64,000 nt of DNA, taken from the NCBI GenBank assembly GCA_035084275.1, contig CM068743.1:77996001-78060000 (forward strand), given 5' to 3'. This DNA comes from Hydrolagus colliei (Eukaryota). Every line of letters begins with the position of its first letter. Position 1 is the stretch's first letter. Both the position numbers and the translations under genes were made by a program. Of this stretch, positions 23,512-36,292 are shown piece after piece. The notes under the pieces were generated by a model that did not search any database, had not been told where the DNA came from, and saw nothing but the letters and a program-made list of their open reading frames with translations.

Positions 23512-24174
23512 TGTAATATGCTAGTTAATAGGATGAAAAATACTATGAATTAAGCTATGAGTACTAACTAGAAATTAATTGAAAGCTGTTTTCCCAGCTT
23601 CTTGGACATTTCCCATGGAGAATGACTGAAATGGGTGCAGAGTCAGTGAGAGGAGCCTGTCTCCTGGTGCACCGGGGAACAGATTATTGTGATAAATATC
23701 AAATCAATCGCTAAATTGATCCCCATGATGTCACTGGAAAACTACTCTTCCTAGCTGCCTCTAGCCAAAAATTTAACATAATAACGAGACACGAGACATC
23801 AGGAATTGGACAGATATCTTCTTTTATAAAATGTACGAATTATAGGACAAATTAATAATCTACTTCCCCTTTAAGGCATTACCTACATTCACCTGGGGAT
23901 AAAACTCCAGGGCAGAAATGCCTGAAAGAGCCAGGCAGAAACACAGACAGATGACAGAGGGAATCCAGGCAGCAGATCCCACGAGTCTGAAGCTACATTA
24001 GTGGAGAGCTGAGGAGAAGATACATTGAGTGGTTTATTAGAGTCTGCCTCTGCATCCAGATGCACAGGGATTTCTGTTTCACTACTTATAATAAAATCTT
24101 TATTGAAGAATTAATTGTCTTACATCTTCATTTTAATGTAATCCTTTGGGGACCAGGTACTGGCAGACGTTATA
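23512..24174 (+). mobile_element. Possible solo LTR
   Basis: TGTAAT start, GTTATA end (possibly decayed GTTACA), TATA-like gggataaaac near 23897, AATAAA near 24090; no convincing TSD. Confidence 0.4.
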
Positions 24175-24893
24175 ATCTGTTTCATGCGCTTTTGCCCATA
24201 GTTTTTTTATGACTATTGCCACTCATATATTTTCTGCAACTGGTGTCTCTGGTGTATCTTGTGTGCTTCTGTTGTATTTAAGACACCTCGTTAAGACAAT
24301 AATTTCAAACTCCTAGCTCCATACAAGAAATTTCATTTGAGAGACAGACTACCTCAATGATGATCACAAAGTTCATTGACAGAAGTCATTGCCTCCTACA
24401 GTCATTTTGGGCTGAGGAACCATCACAGACAAGCCACCGCAAAAATGCTTTGGCTTGTGGGGTAACTCAGTCTTTTCTTGCTGGGTGCACGTTGCTCTTC
24501 GTCTCAGCGGGAACACTGATTCCTTGTTCATTTGTCTTCTGCTTAGAAGGCTTCATCGTTTTACAATGGGTCATAACAAATATTGCCTATCAAGTCCTTT
24601 TATGCAGTGCCACTCCAACTGCACTCCAGCGCTGCGGCTAATTTCACAGTCCAAAGAATAAATCATCACGAGCAACTCTCATCTGTCCTATTTCCAGTTG
24701 TGCCAGATTGATTGTGTATTGATGCCAGGTTTCACAATGTTTGCGCTTGGCAGATGACACATTCTATAATAATAGTAATAATCATAATTCTGTGAAAACT
24801 AAAGATTGAATGTAAGGATAAAAGCTTAAAATGATAAAGTATCTGCCCCCCCGCATGCACCCTCAAGCTCTCCCCATAGAACTCCATAGAATA

Positions 24894-25060
24894 GGGGCAT
24901 AGATTTCAGCCGGAGCTGGATTTATTCCACTTTCTGAGCATTTCAGATCACCCCGAATGTGGTGAACTTTTAGTTTTGAAGCCAGGTTTCTCAAAAAGCA
25001 CAGGAAACTGGCTTCAAAGTGAAAACTGAATTCAACAATGAGCCAAATTCTGAACCCTCC
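24894..25060. mobile_element. Hairpin (fold-back) MITE, same family as 60005-60240
   Basis: Inverted core ttttgaagccaggtttc / gaaactggcttcaaa and following aaactgaattcaacaat...gccaaattct are shared with the 60 kb copy. Confidence 0.65.
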
Positions 25061-25553
25061 AAAATCATATATAAATGTGGGTTGTAAACAAATTTCACAG
25101 AATAGGTGACGTTTGCTGTACAGTAACTTGGGACGTCCTCTGGATGTGAAAGGCTCTATACAAGTGTAATTTGGTGTTGTTGTTATACCCTGGTGTGGTC
25201 TGGAGTGACGCTGTAACCAATGAAAAGGACACAAATATTTATTTTGCTGAGTTTCGTGCACATTGATGGCTAGATTTTACTTTACAGACAGCTGTCCTCT
25301 ATAAGCTGTCTTACATAATGAACGATAATTGATGTGTTAGTGTGGTTAATCTACCTCAATGTTAAATAGCAAGCATCCACCAGGTGTTCGGATTCTTCAA
25401 ACTGTTATGATTTGCAAAGTGTAGGCTTGCAATTACTGGTCAGCAGTTGCGCATAGAAGTTCCTGAGCTAGAAAATCTTCCCAGCTTTTCTTTACATTAA
25501 GGTGGCAGTGGTCCAGAGTAGCTAATGTGCTGTTATCACAACAACAACTTGTG

Positions 25554-26750
25554 TCAAAACAGCCACTATCACGCCCACCCTGAAGAAACCTTCCTTTGAC
25601 GCATCACGGCTTTCAAGCTACCGGCCCATCTCCAACCTCCCTTTTCTGTCCAAAGTACCTGAAAGAGTCGTTACTTCTCAGCTTCACTCTTTCCTCTCAT
25701 TCTATTCCCTCCATGAGCCCCCAATTGGGCTTCCGTGCTGTGGGCTGCTCTGCTCTGGTCAAGGTCACAAACCCTTGTCCTCTTCTACTTATCCACCGCC
25801 TTCGACACCATGTGCCTTCGACACTCAATCCTCCTCCACTGCCTCCCCTCCCACCTCAACCTTCAAGGTTTTGTCCTTGACTGGTTCAGGTCCTATCTCT
25901 CAACTGTCTGCACTTAGTGTATGTCAACGGCTATTCGTTTAGCCACCAGACAATTTTAAGCAATGTCCCTCAGGGCTTGCTCTGTCCTTGATCCCCTTCT
26001 CTTCACCCTCTACATGCTCCCCCTCATATCTCCTGATATCATCCGCAGACATGTGGTAAATTTCCACATGTATGCGGATGACACCCAACTCTATCTTTCC
26101 TCTTCCACCTTAAACTCCAGGACTACCGGCATCCTGACTGCCTGCCTGTCCGACAGCAAGTCCTGAATGAGGGACAACGTTCTTCAGCTGAACATCAGCA
26201 AGACTGAGGCCCTCCCGATTGGCTCGCGTCAGTGCCTCTGCACCTCAGACGCTGGCAGCATTAGCATCCACAGCTGCACACTCTATCTCATGAAGCTAGT
26301 CAGGAACCTGGGTGTCTTATTTGACCCTGAACTGTCCTTCCTCCTCCACATCCATGCCATGACCAGCACTGCCTTCCAACACCTCTGTAACATTACCAGA
26401 CTCTGCCACTGCATCACCCCCAAAGGCTGCCGAAACCCTCACCCACGCATTCGTCACATCAAGGCTTTGCTACAGAAACTCCCTCCTCATCGGCCTTCGC
26501 AGCTCTTCCCTTCACAAGCTGCAGATCATCCAAAATGGTGCAGCTCATGTCCTCATCCACACCAGGCTCCGTGACCCCATCATTCCCACCCTCGCCCGGC
26601 TTCATTGGCTTCCCATCCACCAGAGGATCGAATTCAAGATCCTCGTCCTCACTATCAAGGCCATCCACACCCTTGCCCCTTCCTATCTCTCTGACCTGCT
26701 GTCTCCCTACCAACCTGCCCGCCTCCTCCACTCAGCAGGCTCTGGTTTGA
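25554..26750 (+). mobile_element. Degenerate L2 LINE ORF2 fragment (RT domain, frameshifted)
   Basis: [31 protein letters not shown] and MRDNVLQLNISKTEAL motifs spread across broken frames. Confidence 0.9.
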
Positions 26751-26764
26751 CCATAAGTATAGTC

Positions 26765-27195
26765 GAAGAAGAAGGCTTCAGGTGCAATCTGAAGGAGGGG
26801 GCAATGCAGAGGGATTAAAGCAGAGAGTTCCAGAGTTTTGAGGTGTAGTGGTTGAAGGCATGGCTGCTGATGGTTGAACAGAAAAGACAAGGGACATACA
26901 GGAGGTTGGAGTCAGCTGGGTATAGGGTGTGTGTAAAGGAGTGGGATGCAAGCAGATCAGACCAGTGAGAAGGTGCCAAGACATTAAAAATTTGCACACG
27001 AGTGTGAGGATTTTGAAATAGATCAATAGGGAGCCAGTACAGTGTGGCAAGGACCACAGTGATGAGGGTGGGGAGCCTGGTTCAGAGGAGAACACAAGTG
27101 GTGGAGTACTGAATCAATTGTATTTTATCAGTGTTAGAGCTGGTAAGTCTGGCCAGGTGCGTAATGGGAAAATCAAGGCAGGAGGTGACAAATAC
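26765..27195 (-). mobile_element. Older L2 LINE C-terminal fragment
   Basis: Minus-strand ORFs read LATLYWLP, FKILTLVCK and AFNHYTSKLWNSL, homologous to the L2 C-terminal domain. Confidence 0.8.
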
Positions 27196-28744
27196 GGGAA
27201 GACCTATTCTTTCTCCACAGTGATGATCTTTTGCCAGATGATTTTACCTGTGATTCAGTTACCTATGTGTTCTAAATAAGAACTGGCACACATTATATAA
27301 TGATGCTTTAATTTCGCTCAGCTATGTTGTGCAGATTGTTTTCTGAACAGTATACTTTATTGTGAATGGATCCCACTAAGAAGTGGGCTAGGATCTGCCC
27401 AAATCAATTTCTATGCAGACACGAAAGGAACGATTATCATAACGGTCCATATTGTCTTCATCCTGCTGTGATCACAGATCCTGAAAAGAGAATGGACCCC
27501 ACTGCAAAAAATATAATGAGGAATCCTGTGTTTTGCCTTTTAAAATCAATGTCCGTTCGTATTTCCCAATCATAAATGCCACCGAGTCAGACACCTATTC
27601 TCGGTGCTGAGTCTCTGTGGATCCATCTGAATTGCATACCTTTTCTGGGGCTCTCGTGTCCACATGAATCGCTACTAACCCACAAACACTGACATCCTAC
27701 CTCCACTAGCCCGAGTTAGATTATTTATAAAGATGATGAAGAGCCGGACTCCAAAAGCAATCTCTAAATCACTGCACTCATCAGCTGATCCTATTAGTAT
27801 GGCAGGCTTTGTCTTTTCACCTGACTCGAGCACTGATTTGAGATGACATTATACAGCGTGCGATGAGCCATTAAAAAAATTGGTTTCAATTTTTGTTTCG
27901 TTTCGTTGCAAATCATTTCTACTATCCACCCTTTTCCTAAGTAATTTAATTGCACAAAAGGCAAGAGAAAATATGATTTTAAAACAAGCTTCAGGTTGTC
28001 ACTGCAGTAAAATAGATCTGGTAGGATTGAGTGTAAACGGAGTATTAAATGATACATAATGATAATCTTTGCATTTGTTATAATGCCATTTCACATCAGG
28101 ACAAACTTAACAGGGTTTAACTGCTTTTGCCAACAAAACATAGTCTCTCCACTTTACAGTACATCCCATGAAGCACATATCAAATGTAAGGATTATCATC
28201 ATTTAAGTGTAGAGTCTGTGTATTTTATAGGTGATCGCAGAAGCCAGTTTGCACACAACAATGTGCCACAAACAGCCATGAAGTGAATAACCAATTTTTA
28301 TTTTGGTGAATGCTGGCCAGGATACTGGGAGAAACTCCCTTCTCCTTTTGAATCTTAAATCGGGATATTAATCTTCCACCAAAAAGGCAGACAGGCATGT
28401 AAATTTTACTGGCATGTATTAGTTTACTAGAGAACAGGTATTCATCAGAAATGAAACAATAATCTCTGTATGTTATTAAGCAGTGGGTTAATATTTTGAC
28501 CTAGTATTCTCAGCCAAATTGGGTATGATTGTCTGTTGCCTTGATATTGTATTAAATTCATGTGTGAAATATTCCTGTTAATTGTACATTTTAAAGCCCT
28601 GTTTGCTGACGTCCTACTATAATCCACAATCTTAAATCCTTACCCACCCACAGCAATCCAGATGTGAAGTTACAGTGTGAGAAACAGCAGAGTTAGTCCA
28701 TATACAGCTGTGGTTTGATATTTTTTCTCTGCCCCTAACCTCTA

Positions 28745-28960
28745 GTACTCCATCCCGCAGACCCTCCACCTCACCCTTCCCTAGCCTCCTTCAAGACCCT
28801 CCTCTTCGATGGTCTCGTCGGTCACCCAAATCCCTCCCTTTCTCTTCACCCTAGCCCGTCCCCAACCCCAGCTTGGGTCTGAAACAATGCCTGTCCAGCA
28901 CCTTGAGATGTCCTCCTGGTGTAAAAGGCGCCATACAAGTGTACTTTTATTGTTGTTGGC
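28745..28960 (+). mobile_element. L2 LINE 3' end
   Basis: ccttcaagaccctcctcttcga...cagcaccttgagatgtcctcctggtgtaaaaggcgc...ttgttgttg. Confidence 0.8.
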
Positions 28961-29064
28961 TTTGTATTTAATTGCAGGATTAATTAATTGATATACCTGA
29001 CAATCCAGCACAAAATTGCAGCTGTACAACATTGCAATGAAGCACACAAACATTTAGCCTGCCA

Positions 29065-29440
29065 AAACTGCACTGGCTCCCTATCACAGAGGAGATTGAG
29101 TTCAAGATCCTCACTCTTGTGTTTAAATCCCTCTCTCCTCTGCACACCTACACTTCTCTAACCTATTTTCTCCTCCTTGTCCCCCAAATCCTCTGCTCCA
29201 CCATTGGCAGCCGTTCTTTCATCCACTATGCCCTGAAACCATGGAACTCCTACCCTGAACCCGTTGTCCTCACCCCCTCCTTTCCCATCTACAGATTGTA
29301 CCTGAAGACCCTTCTCTTCAACCGCGCTTACGGTCACCTTCTACCTTCCTCTGGCTTGGCCTCGGGCTCCCCTATTGTGAAGTGCTCTGAGACGCCAGCC
29401 GGCGTGGAGGGTGCTATATAAATGCAAGTTGTTGTTGTTA
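29065..29440 (+). mobile_element. L2 LINE 3' fragment with variant-B tail
   Basis: ctgcactggctccc, ttcaagatcctc, TIGSRSF...PWNS, then the tail gtgctctgagacgccagccggcgtggagggtgctatataaatgcaag(ttg)n. Confidence 0.85.
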
Positions 29441-29848
29441 GCCTGGTATGGTCTGCAGGGGATGAAAAAAGCAGGTAATGTATCAGAAGGTTGTGAGTTC
29501 CAGCCCCTTTGTTGAGTGGGTCCAGGCTCACACTCCAGTGTTGTGCATAGGGAGTGCCTCACTGTGATTTCAGGGGTGATTGTTAAACCGTCACAATTGG
29601 TACCTTTACGTCTTTATAGGAACTGTTCAGTAAGTAACTCCCCCTGCCAAGTGTGTTAAAGGGTGCATTTTGTTTCACCGTGATGGCAGTGACATTTTGG
29701 CTTCCTCCTATTGCCCACTGACGTAACGGTCCACTTCTTCCTCAATAACAAAGATTCCAGTTGGGATGAATTATCGGGAGTCCCAGGTCACAATAACATT
29801 ATTTCAGTCAAATACTTCTCATAATGTGTCCCACCTGTGACCCTTTTA

Positions 29849-30052
29849 GACCCTGGAATTCTGTGCATGACAGAGTCCCAGGGCAAGTAGCAGGCTGGAA
29901 AACCCCAAATGGAGTTGAAAATATGGCATTCGCAAATCAAAAACCATTGGGTAATAGCAACTTGTGGTTTGCGATTAGAACTGGAGGTTTATTGGCGCAA
30001 ACTGAAAAGAAAAGGGAGTTTCTCCCATTGTCCGAGCCAGAAATTCCCAGTC
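29849..30052. mobile_element. Possible hairpin MITE
   Basis: Weak TIR ctggaattct / agaaattcccag and an internal inverted pair tcgcaaatcaaaa / ttgtggtttgcga. Confidence 0.4.
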
Positions 30053-31370
30053 AGTTCTGTTATCAGTTGATCACCAAATAACATTAATCATTCCCTTCAT
30101 GGCTCTCTGCCTCAGAGGCGAGAGTGCTGCCAACTGAGCCAGTCTGACAACTATAAACCAGAGAAGATCTATATGGCTAGGACTGTATATCCCAGTTACA
30201 TGCATCTACATTGCCTGGAACTGTGAGACCCAGCCCAGACCCAACCCTATTGCTTCAAAGCCTGTAATTTGATGCAGGGGTGCGTGTAACACTGAAATGA
30301 CCTCCTCTGCCCTAGCTTCCAAATTGAGCAAACTGGCTGAACCAAAAGTGCGGCAGAGAGCCCAGAAAAGAGGCAATTATGTTCTGCAGTCATACATTGC
30401 TCACTCTTCTGTAACAGTGTTTGTGTCAGACTAAAGTACTCCACATTTACTCTCACATTTCAAGGTAAGAGCAAACTGGACTCTGTCTGTGTGTGTGTAC
30501 AACTGTGTGCAATGAACATGGATCAATGGAGAGGTTTGAATGATATCCAAGAATAGTGATTTGAAGTAATAACATAGAATGATGGTTATAAAGTGTTGTG
30601 TATGTATTACTTCGACTTCCGATTCCATCTGATTTTCATGCCAAGATCTAACCATGTAGTACCAGCTTTAGCTGCACTGCCCGGAGGGTCACTCTATTTC
30701 CACTCTCATCTCTTTCATCTTCTCCACTATCAAATAATCCCCGGAATTTTGCCTCTTTGTTTGATCTCCACCCTCATTATCTCGCTCTGTCCAAACGAGA
30801 TGATCTCTGTGATGTGGAGAACCTCTTTATTTGAAGAGCCTGCTATGATCCAGCAACTAAATTAACTTTATGATTGGAGGTCTTGGACAAAACCCAATGA
30901 AGCTTGATGTCACAAGTCTTTACAAGTGACATGTTAGTTATCAATTCAACTTTTGGGCGATCTACTCAGGTTATTCCAATTCGCAAACTTTTCTCTCTGG
31001 ATCCACTCTGGGTGTTTTACTGTGGCAGGTTCTCCTGATTGTGATTTTGTTGTTATCTTCAATGCAATATAACACCATCCAATCTGGAAATGAGGTGGTG
31101 GATGAGGTGCAGGAGGGAGGGAAAGAGGGAAATAATAATAATACTTGAATTTGATATAGCGCCTTATCACAGCTTTGAGACATCTCAAAGTGCTTCTCTG
31201 AATATACTGTAAAGTGAATTGACTGTATACTTCGTAAGCAGAATTGGGAAGAGTGAAATAGGGTATAGAGATGATATACGGGGGGTGGAAGGAATAGATT
31301 TTTCACCTGAATTTGCTCATTGGAGGCTTGACATTCCATTTAAACTCCATTCCATGATGGTAAGAAAGAA

Positions 31371-31538
31371 CATTTTGTCTTAAAACTTAACATAGTGCAG
31401 AACTGTATAAAATTGTTGCATTCGATCTCAATTTGAAAAGGTGGTTTTCCACAGCCCTTACAGAGAGAGAATTACAAATTAAGCCTGAAGATAAGAATTT
31501 TCCGCAATTCTGCACAATCTAACTTTTAAGACAAAATG
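31371..31538. mobile_element. Fold-back element (MITE-like) with ~43-bp inverted arms
   Basis: Left arm cattttgtcttaaaacttaacatagtgcagaactgtataaaatt versus the reverse complement of the right arm cattttgtcttaaaagttagattgtgcagaattgcggaaaatt. Confidence 0.75.
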
Positions 31539-32679
31539 GTTTTACCGCCTGAGACTGGGGAAATGGTGAGCCTCAGGCATTTCTACAGAGGGTCTTAAGG
31601 TCGAGGGAAGGTGAACACACAGATTAGATGAGCTACTTTTACAGCAATCCCACAAATGAAATACAGAGCCAAAGAGGATATGTAGTCACCTGAAACACAT
31701 TTCTATATCTGCCAATAGTTAGTCATGATCCTTAGTTTGAAAGAGTGGAAACATTTCTGTGTTACTTGGCTCAGAATGATCTGTATCCAGGCCTTACTTT
31801 GTCCACAAGATGCAATCTACAACGTGCCTGTGAAGCACTTTAAGATATCCTCTTTATGTGAAAAACCCTAATATCAAGGACTAGGATTATTGTTTTTTTA
31901 TTTAAACTGATTTGCATCGAGTCATAGATATTACATTACACCACAACACTGTGTACAATCTAGTGCCTTGGGACTTTCCCAATGTGAAAGGTGTTACTGT
32001 ATACAAATGTAATTTTGTTGTTGTTGTTGTTGTGATTCTTCCTCCACAGTACGCTCATTAAAGTTTACAAGTTAGTGATTTTTCTGTTGAATTAATTCCT
32101 CATCTCTTATTTTGCTGTCTGTGTACCATTCCCTACCTGAAAGACCTAGCATGTGACCTTTCTCATACCTCAGTGACATGACAGTATTAAGAATGGAAGA
32201 TGTGGCTCCGGATGAGATCCCAATCCAGTCTCCTTCCTTTCCTGTGGGAAATATAACACAATCAACAAGTAAATTGATCATTCCAGAATCCCTTTCCTTG
32301 TGCGCAAGACCATTTTAAGACCATTAACCTCCATGGTTAATTCGAGATCTGTCTATTAGGCTAAAAGAAAAGACTAAATGAATTGAATTACTGGCTGAGT
32401 AAATCTTAGCATGCAATAGATGATGTGCCATGTACATAACCTTTATATTGCTGTCATGGGAGGAGGATATACGTTACTCCCTCTCTACTCACCCACTGCA
32501 GGCTCCATCTGATAGTCTCATGATCTGTGCTGTTCTGGATGATATTCTCATACACTATATATAATATATTAAATATATAAAAAACAATCATATCCTGTAC
32601 TGTTGTGATGGACATTCTGGAAAAGACAAAAACTGCCATATATTAGACCACTTCATTTGTTGATTAAGCGTTTTGCTCA

Positions 32680-32797
32680 CATATATACATCAATTCGTCA
32701 ATTCACCTTACAGTATATCCTGTGAAGCACTTTGAGACATCTAGAAGACGCAAAATGCGCTATATCAAATGCAAAGATTATTACTATTATTATTATA
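32680..32797 (+). mobile_element. SINE 3' half
   Basis: aattcaccttacagtatatcctgtgaagcactttgagacatctagaagacgcaaaatgcgctatatcaaatgcaaagattatta. Confidence 0.85.
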
Positions 32798-35318
32798 AGA
32801 TGGGTGAGTTTCATTCTGAACTAAAATCAAGATAATCTGTTGCTGGGAAAATACATGAAAAACGTGACACATGTTAACACATAACAACTGAGCTAACTTA
32901 ACATGACATCTTTGTCAGACGCCTTCCGTTTCAAAACAGGAATGAAAAATGTGATCTAAGGATAACAACAAATTGTATTTATTTAGCGCCTTTGATATTG
33001 GAATGAGGTGCTGGATAATCCACGGTTTGGGGGGTTGAATTCACCGGCTTGGGACATCCTCCTGACGTGAAAGGCGCAAATGTAATTTGTTGTTGTGAGG
33101 GTTGTCAACCACGACTGGTGGGGTATGATTTCAAGTGCTTGAGAGGTATGCAATTATCATTCAAATAGGCTTTTTCAATCAAACTTTGCCACCAGAGGCT
33201 AGTGTTATTTCCGGAAACACCCGTGTTGACTATCCTCACTGATTTCCCCCCAAATGTTTGTTAATATTGAACCAGCTTCACTGATTCAATTGAGGCATCT
33301 GTTGTTTGTTTAGCAGACTGCTGTATTCCTGCCGCGTGTTATTTTTTCCATTATGAGCTTTTGTTTGATTGAAAATGCACAGGCCATGTTTGTTTAACTT
33401 TGTGAACCGCCTGTAATAAGAGATGTGACGGTTTTGTTTTTTTTAAATAGCGTAGGAAGTGCTGCCGTACTTGCACCTAATAGGATGTGGCAAGCATTGT
33501 ATTGAGCTCTCATTTTTAGCTGTTACAATTTGATTAACTTAAAAAAAAGTGTATTGTTTATTGCAACCACAAACCCTAGAGATTGAGTTGTCCTTTGGCC
33601 TGTGTAATGCTGCCCCCAGCAGTTGATGTGAAGGAGTGCATGGGGCCACAATTATCTTTGAAGAGGATGAGTCTCATGTGTTCTCTCATCAATAATTTTC
33701 ACCTGTTAATTAATTTTGTGTGAGGTAATAACCAGAGCATAATAACAAATGTGCAAGTACTCAGATTTTGCAATTAAAAGCAGTGGGGTTCCTATTTTGA
33801 TCATACAGAATGTGACATCCATCAAAGAAAACAATTCAAGCCTCTCACGATGACAGATGCCACACTGATGGCTCTACTAACTAACTGCCTGTCCTAAAAA
33901 AATAATTGTCTCACCACAGCCTACAGCTGCAAGTTATCTGATAGCTTATGGTCACTGAATGTAGAATACATGCGTCGACTAAAGTACAGAAAGGTAATTT
34001 TACAAGATTGCAGTGACCCAGATGCTGCTAGCGAAGGAGGCTGGTTGAATTGTTGAATAAATAAGCTATCAAGATTGATGAGGGAGCTGAAGTCAGTCAG
34101 TTTCTGGATTGCCATAATGTTGAAGAAATCCAATGTGAATGATAAGAGAAAAAGAAATTCAGGTTAAACATGGAACTCTCTTCAGCTTGTGTCATCCGTT
34201 CTCCCCTTCCCCCCACCCCCTGCCCCCATCACTGCTGCTGTTCCTTCTTAGTCTATTTTTACTTAACCTTTGCAGAGAATTTTGCACTTCAAACTGAATT
34301 TAAAAAGGCAAACTGGTCTAATCCAATGTCATTTCACTGCGTGGTATGCATTTTCACGACCGAACAGAAGAGAGGTGTACTGCGTTACTCTGTAAGCAAG
34401 CATGCACATGTTAATTTATGCTATTGTGTGATTTAACAGTCTTTTGTGGGTCATGACAGATTGAGCAGAATAATGATGTGTCTTTTCCGCTAATTCAAAT
34501 GTTTTACTATCATATTTGTGCATTTTATATGGAAATAAGGCTTTGTGGTCAACAGATAATTCCTTCAACACTGCAGCCGGATTACTGATTACTGAGTGTG
34601 TTATAGCTAAGCTAATACATTATTCACAGGCCTGAAAATAAAATAGCTTTGTGTCTGTCTTGATCACCTTTACATAGGATGGGGTAGTGGGTGGGGGGGG
34701 GGGGGGGGGGGGGTGTCATTTGTGGTCCATAACTCTTACCATCCTCACCATCGTCAATTGAATGCTAGAATAGAGCTCCTCCTAACAGTATAAATTCAAT
34801 GAACACCTAGCTAAAAAAAAGTAAGAATTTGCTCGGTGAAAGGAGAGAAGGAGGTCCATCCGGTTTCCTTGCCACCATCTTGGCAGTCGCATGACATGTC
34901 ATGTCCCAAACTATATAAGAACATAAGAACTACTATATATAAAAATAGAACAAGTAAGAATCAATTCTATAAAAAAATATAATTTTGCTTATCAGTAATG
35001 TTTTAAAATAAAAGAAATCACAAATCTGCCCAGCCATTCCGGTTTGTTAGGCCCACTGTGTGTTGTTCAGCTTCACTCTGCCATTACCTGCATTATTTGT
35101 TGTTCAGCTTGACCCCCTCACACCCCCGTAATGTAGCAGATTATAAGATGGTATAACGTCGTGCAGCGAAATAGAATACTTTAAAAAATCTGAAAATCAC
35201 AGTATTTCACTATATAATCATGTAAGTATAGGGTAAGAGGCAGCCTTTACTACTCGTTGAAGAATTTCCATTAAACAGCTTTAACGTAGCAATGCTTTTT
35301 ACAGCAATAAACCCACCC

Positions 35319-35461
35319 AACCAGTGACAGTATACCTGTCAAACCACTGACTGTATATCTGTCAAACTGGTATACCTCCCAAACCAAAGACAGGTATAGT
35401 TATCCGTCAAAACCATTGACATTTGTACCTGCCAAGCCAATGATTGTATTCTCTGCCAAAC
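35319..35461. repeat. Degenerate ~23-bp minisatellite
   Basis: About six diverged units of aaaccactgactgtatacctgtc. Confidence 0.7.
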
Positions 35462-35529
35462 ATTCCTAAGAATGATTTTGTTTTTTAGTCTAATAACTGA
35501 GATAAATAGTAAAAATCTGTGGAGGAGCA

Positions 35530-36292
35530 AAGGGTTGTCCACATTCACAAATCTCTAAACATCACCTCACGGGTATCAAAATGACAAATGGTATATTGGC
35601 CTTTATCTCAATGGGGCTGGAATATAAACGAGAGGAAGTGATGTTTCAACTACATAGAGGTTTGGTCAGAACTCATCTGGAGATCTGTGTTCAGTTTTTT
35701 GGCACCTCAGGAAGCATATATTATCTCTGGGGGGGATGCAAATTCATCAGAATGATACCAGAGCTCAATGGGTTAAATTATGAGGACAGTTTGCATAAAC
35801 ATGGTCACTATTCCCTTGCATTTAGAAGGTTGAGGGGTAATCTATAAGTGCAAAAGATTATTATTAATCTGATTGAAGTTATTAAAATAATAAAGGGATT
35901 TGTTAGGGCCAATCAGAGAAACTATTTGCTCTGGAGGGGAATCCAGAAAAAGGGGGTATAATCTTAAAGTTAGAAGTAGGTAATTTCAAAGTGAAATTAG
36001 GAGGCAAAGGGTAGTGCAAATCTGAAACTCTCTTCCCCAAAAGGCTGTGGTGTTAGACCCATTAACAACAGCAACAAAACAACAACAAAATTACATTAAT
36101 AGAGTGCCCTTCACATTGGGAGGACGTCCCAAGGTACTTTACATCTTCAAGACTGAGGTGGCTAGATATTTGTTAGGTCAGGGTATTAAACGATATGGGG
36201 CAAGGGTGGGTAATTGGAATTAAGGTATGGATCAAACATGATCTTATAGAACAAACTTGATGGGCTAAGTGCTCTATTGTTTCTATATTTCT
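35530..36292 (+). mobile_element. CR1 LINE 3' fragment, interrupted by a SINE-tail scrap and an L2 tail (36064-36138, minus strand)
   Basis: ORF 35581-35847 GILAFISMGLEYKREEVMFQLHRGLVRTHLEICVQF...RRLRGNL is the CR1 ORF2 C-terminus; it ends in a CR1-like 3' UTR. Confidence 0.9.

Noticed and set aside
27365-27630. MITE bounded by atggatcc / ggatccat
   Set aside because: The inverted match is too short and there is no TSD
34690-34713. Poly-G run as a functional G-quadruplex
   Set aside because: Simple homopolymer with no supporting context
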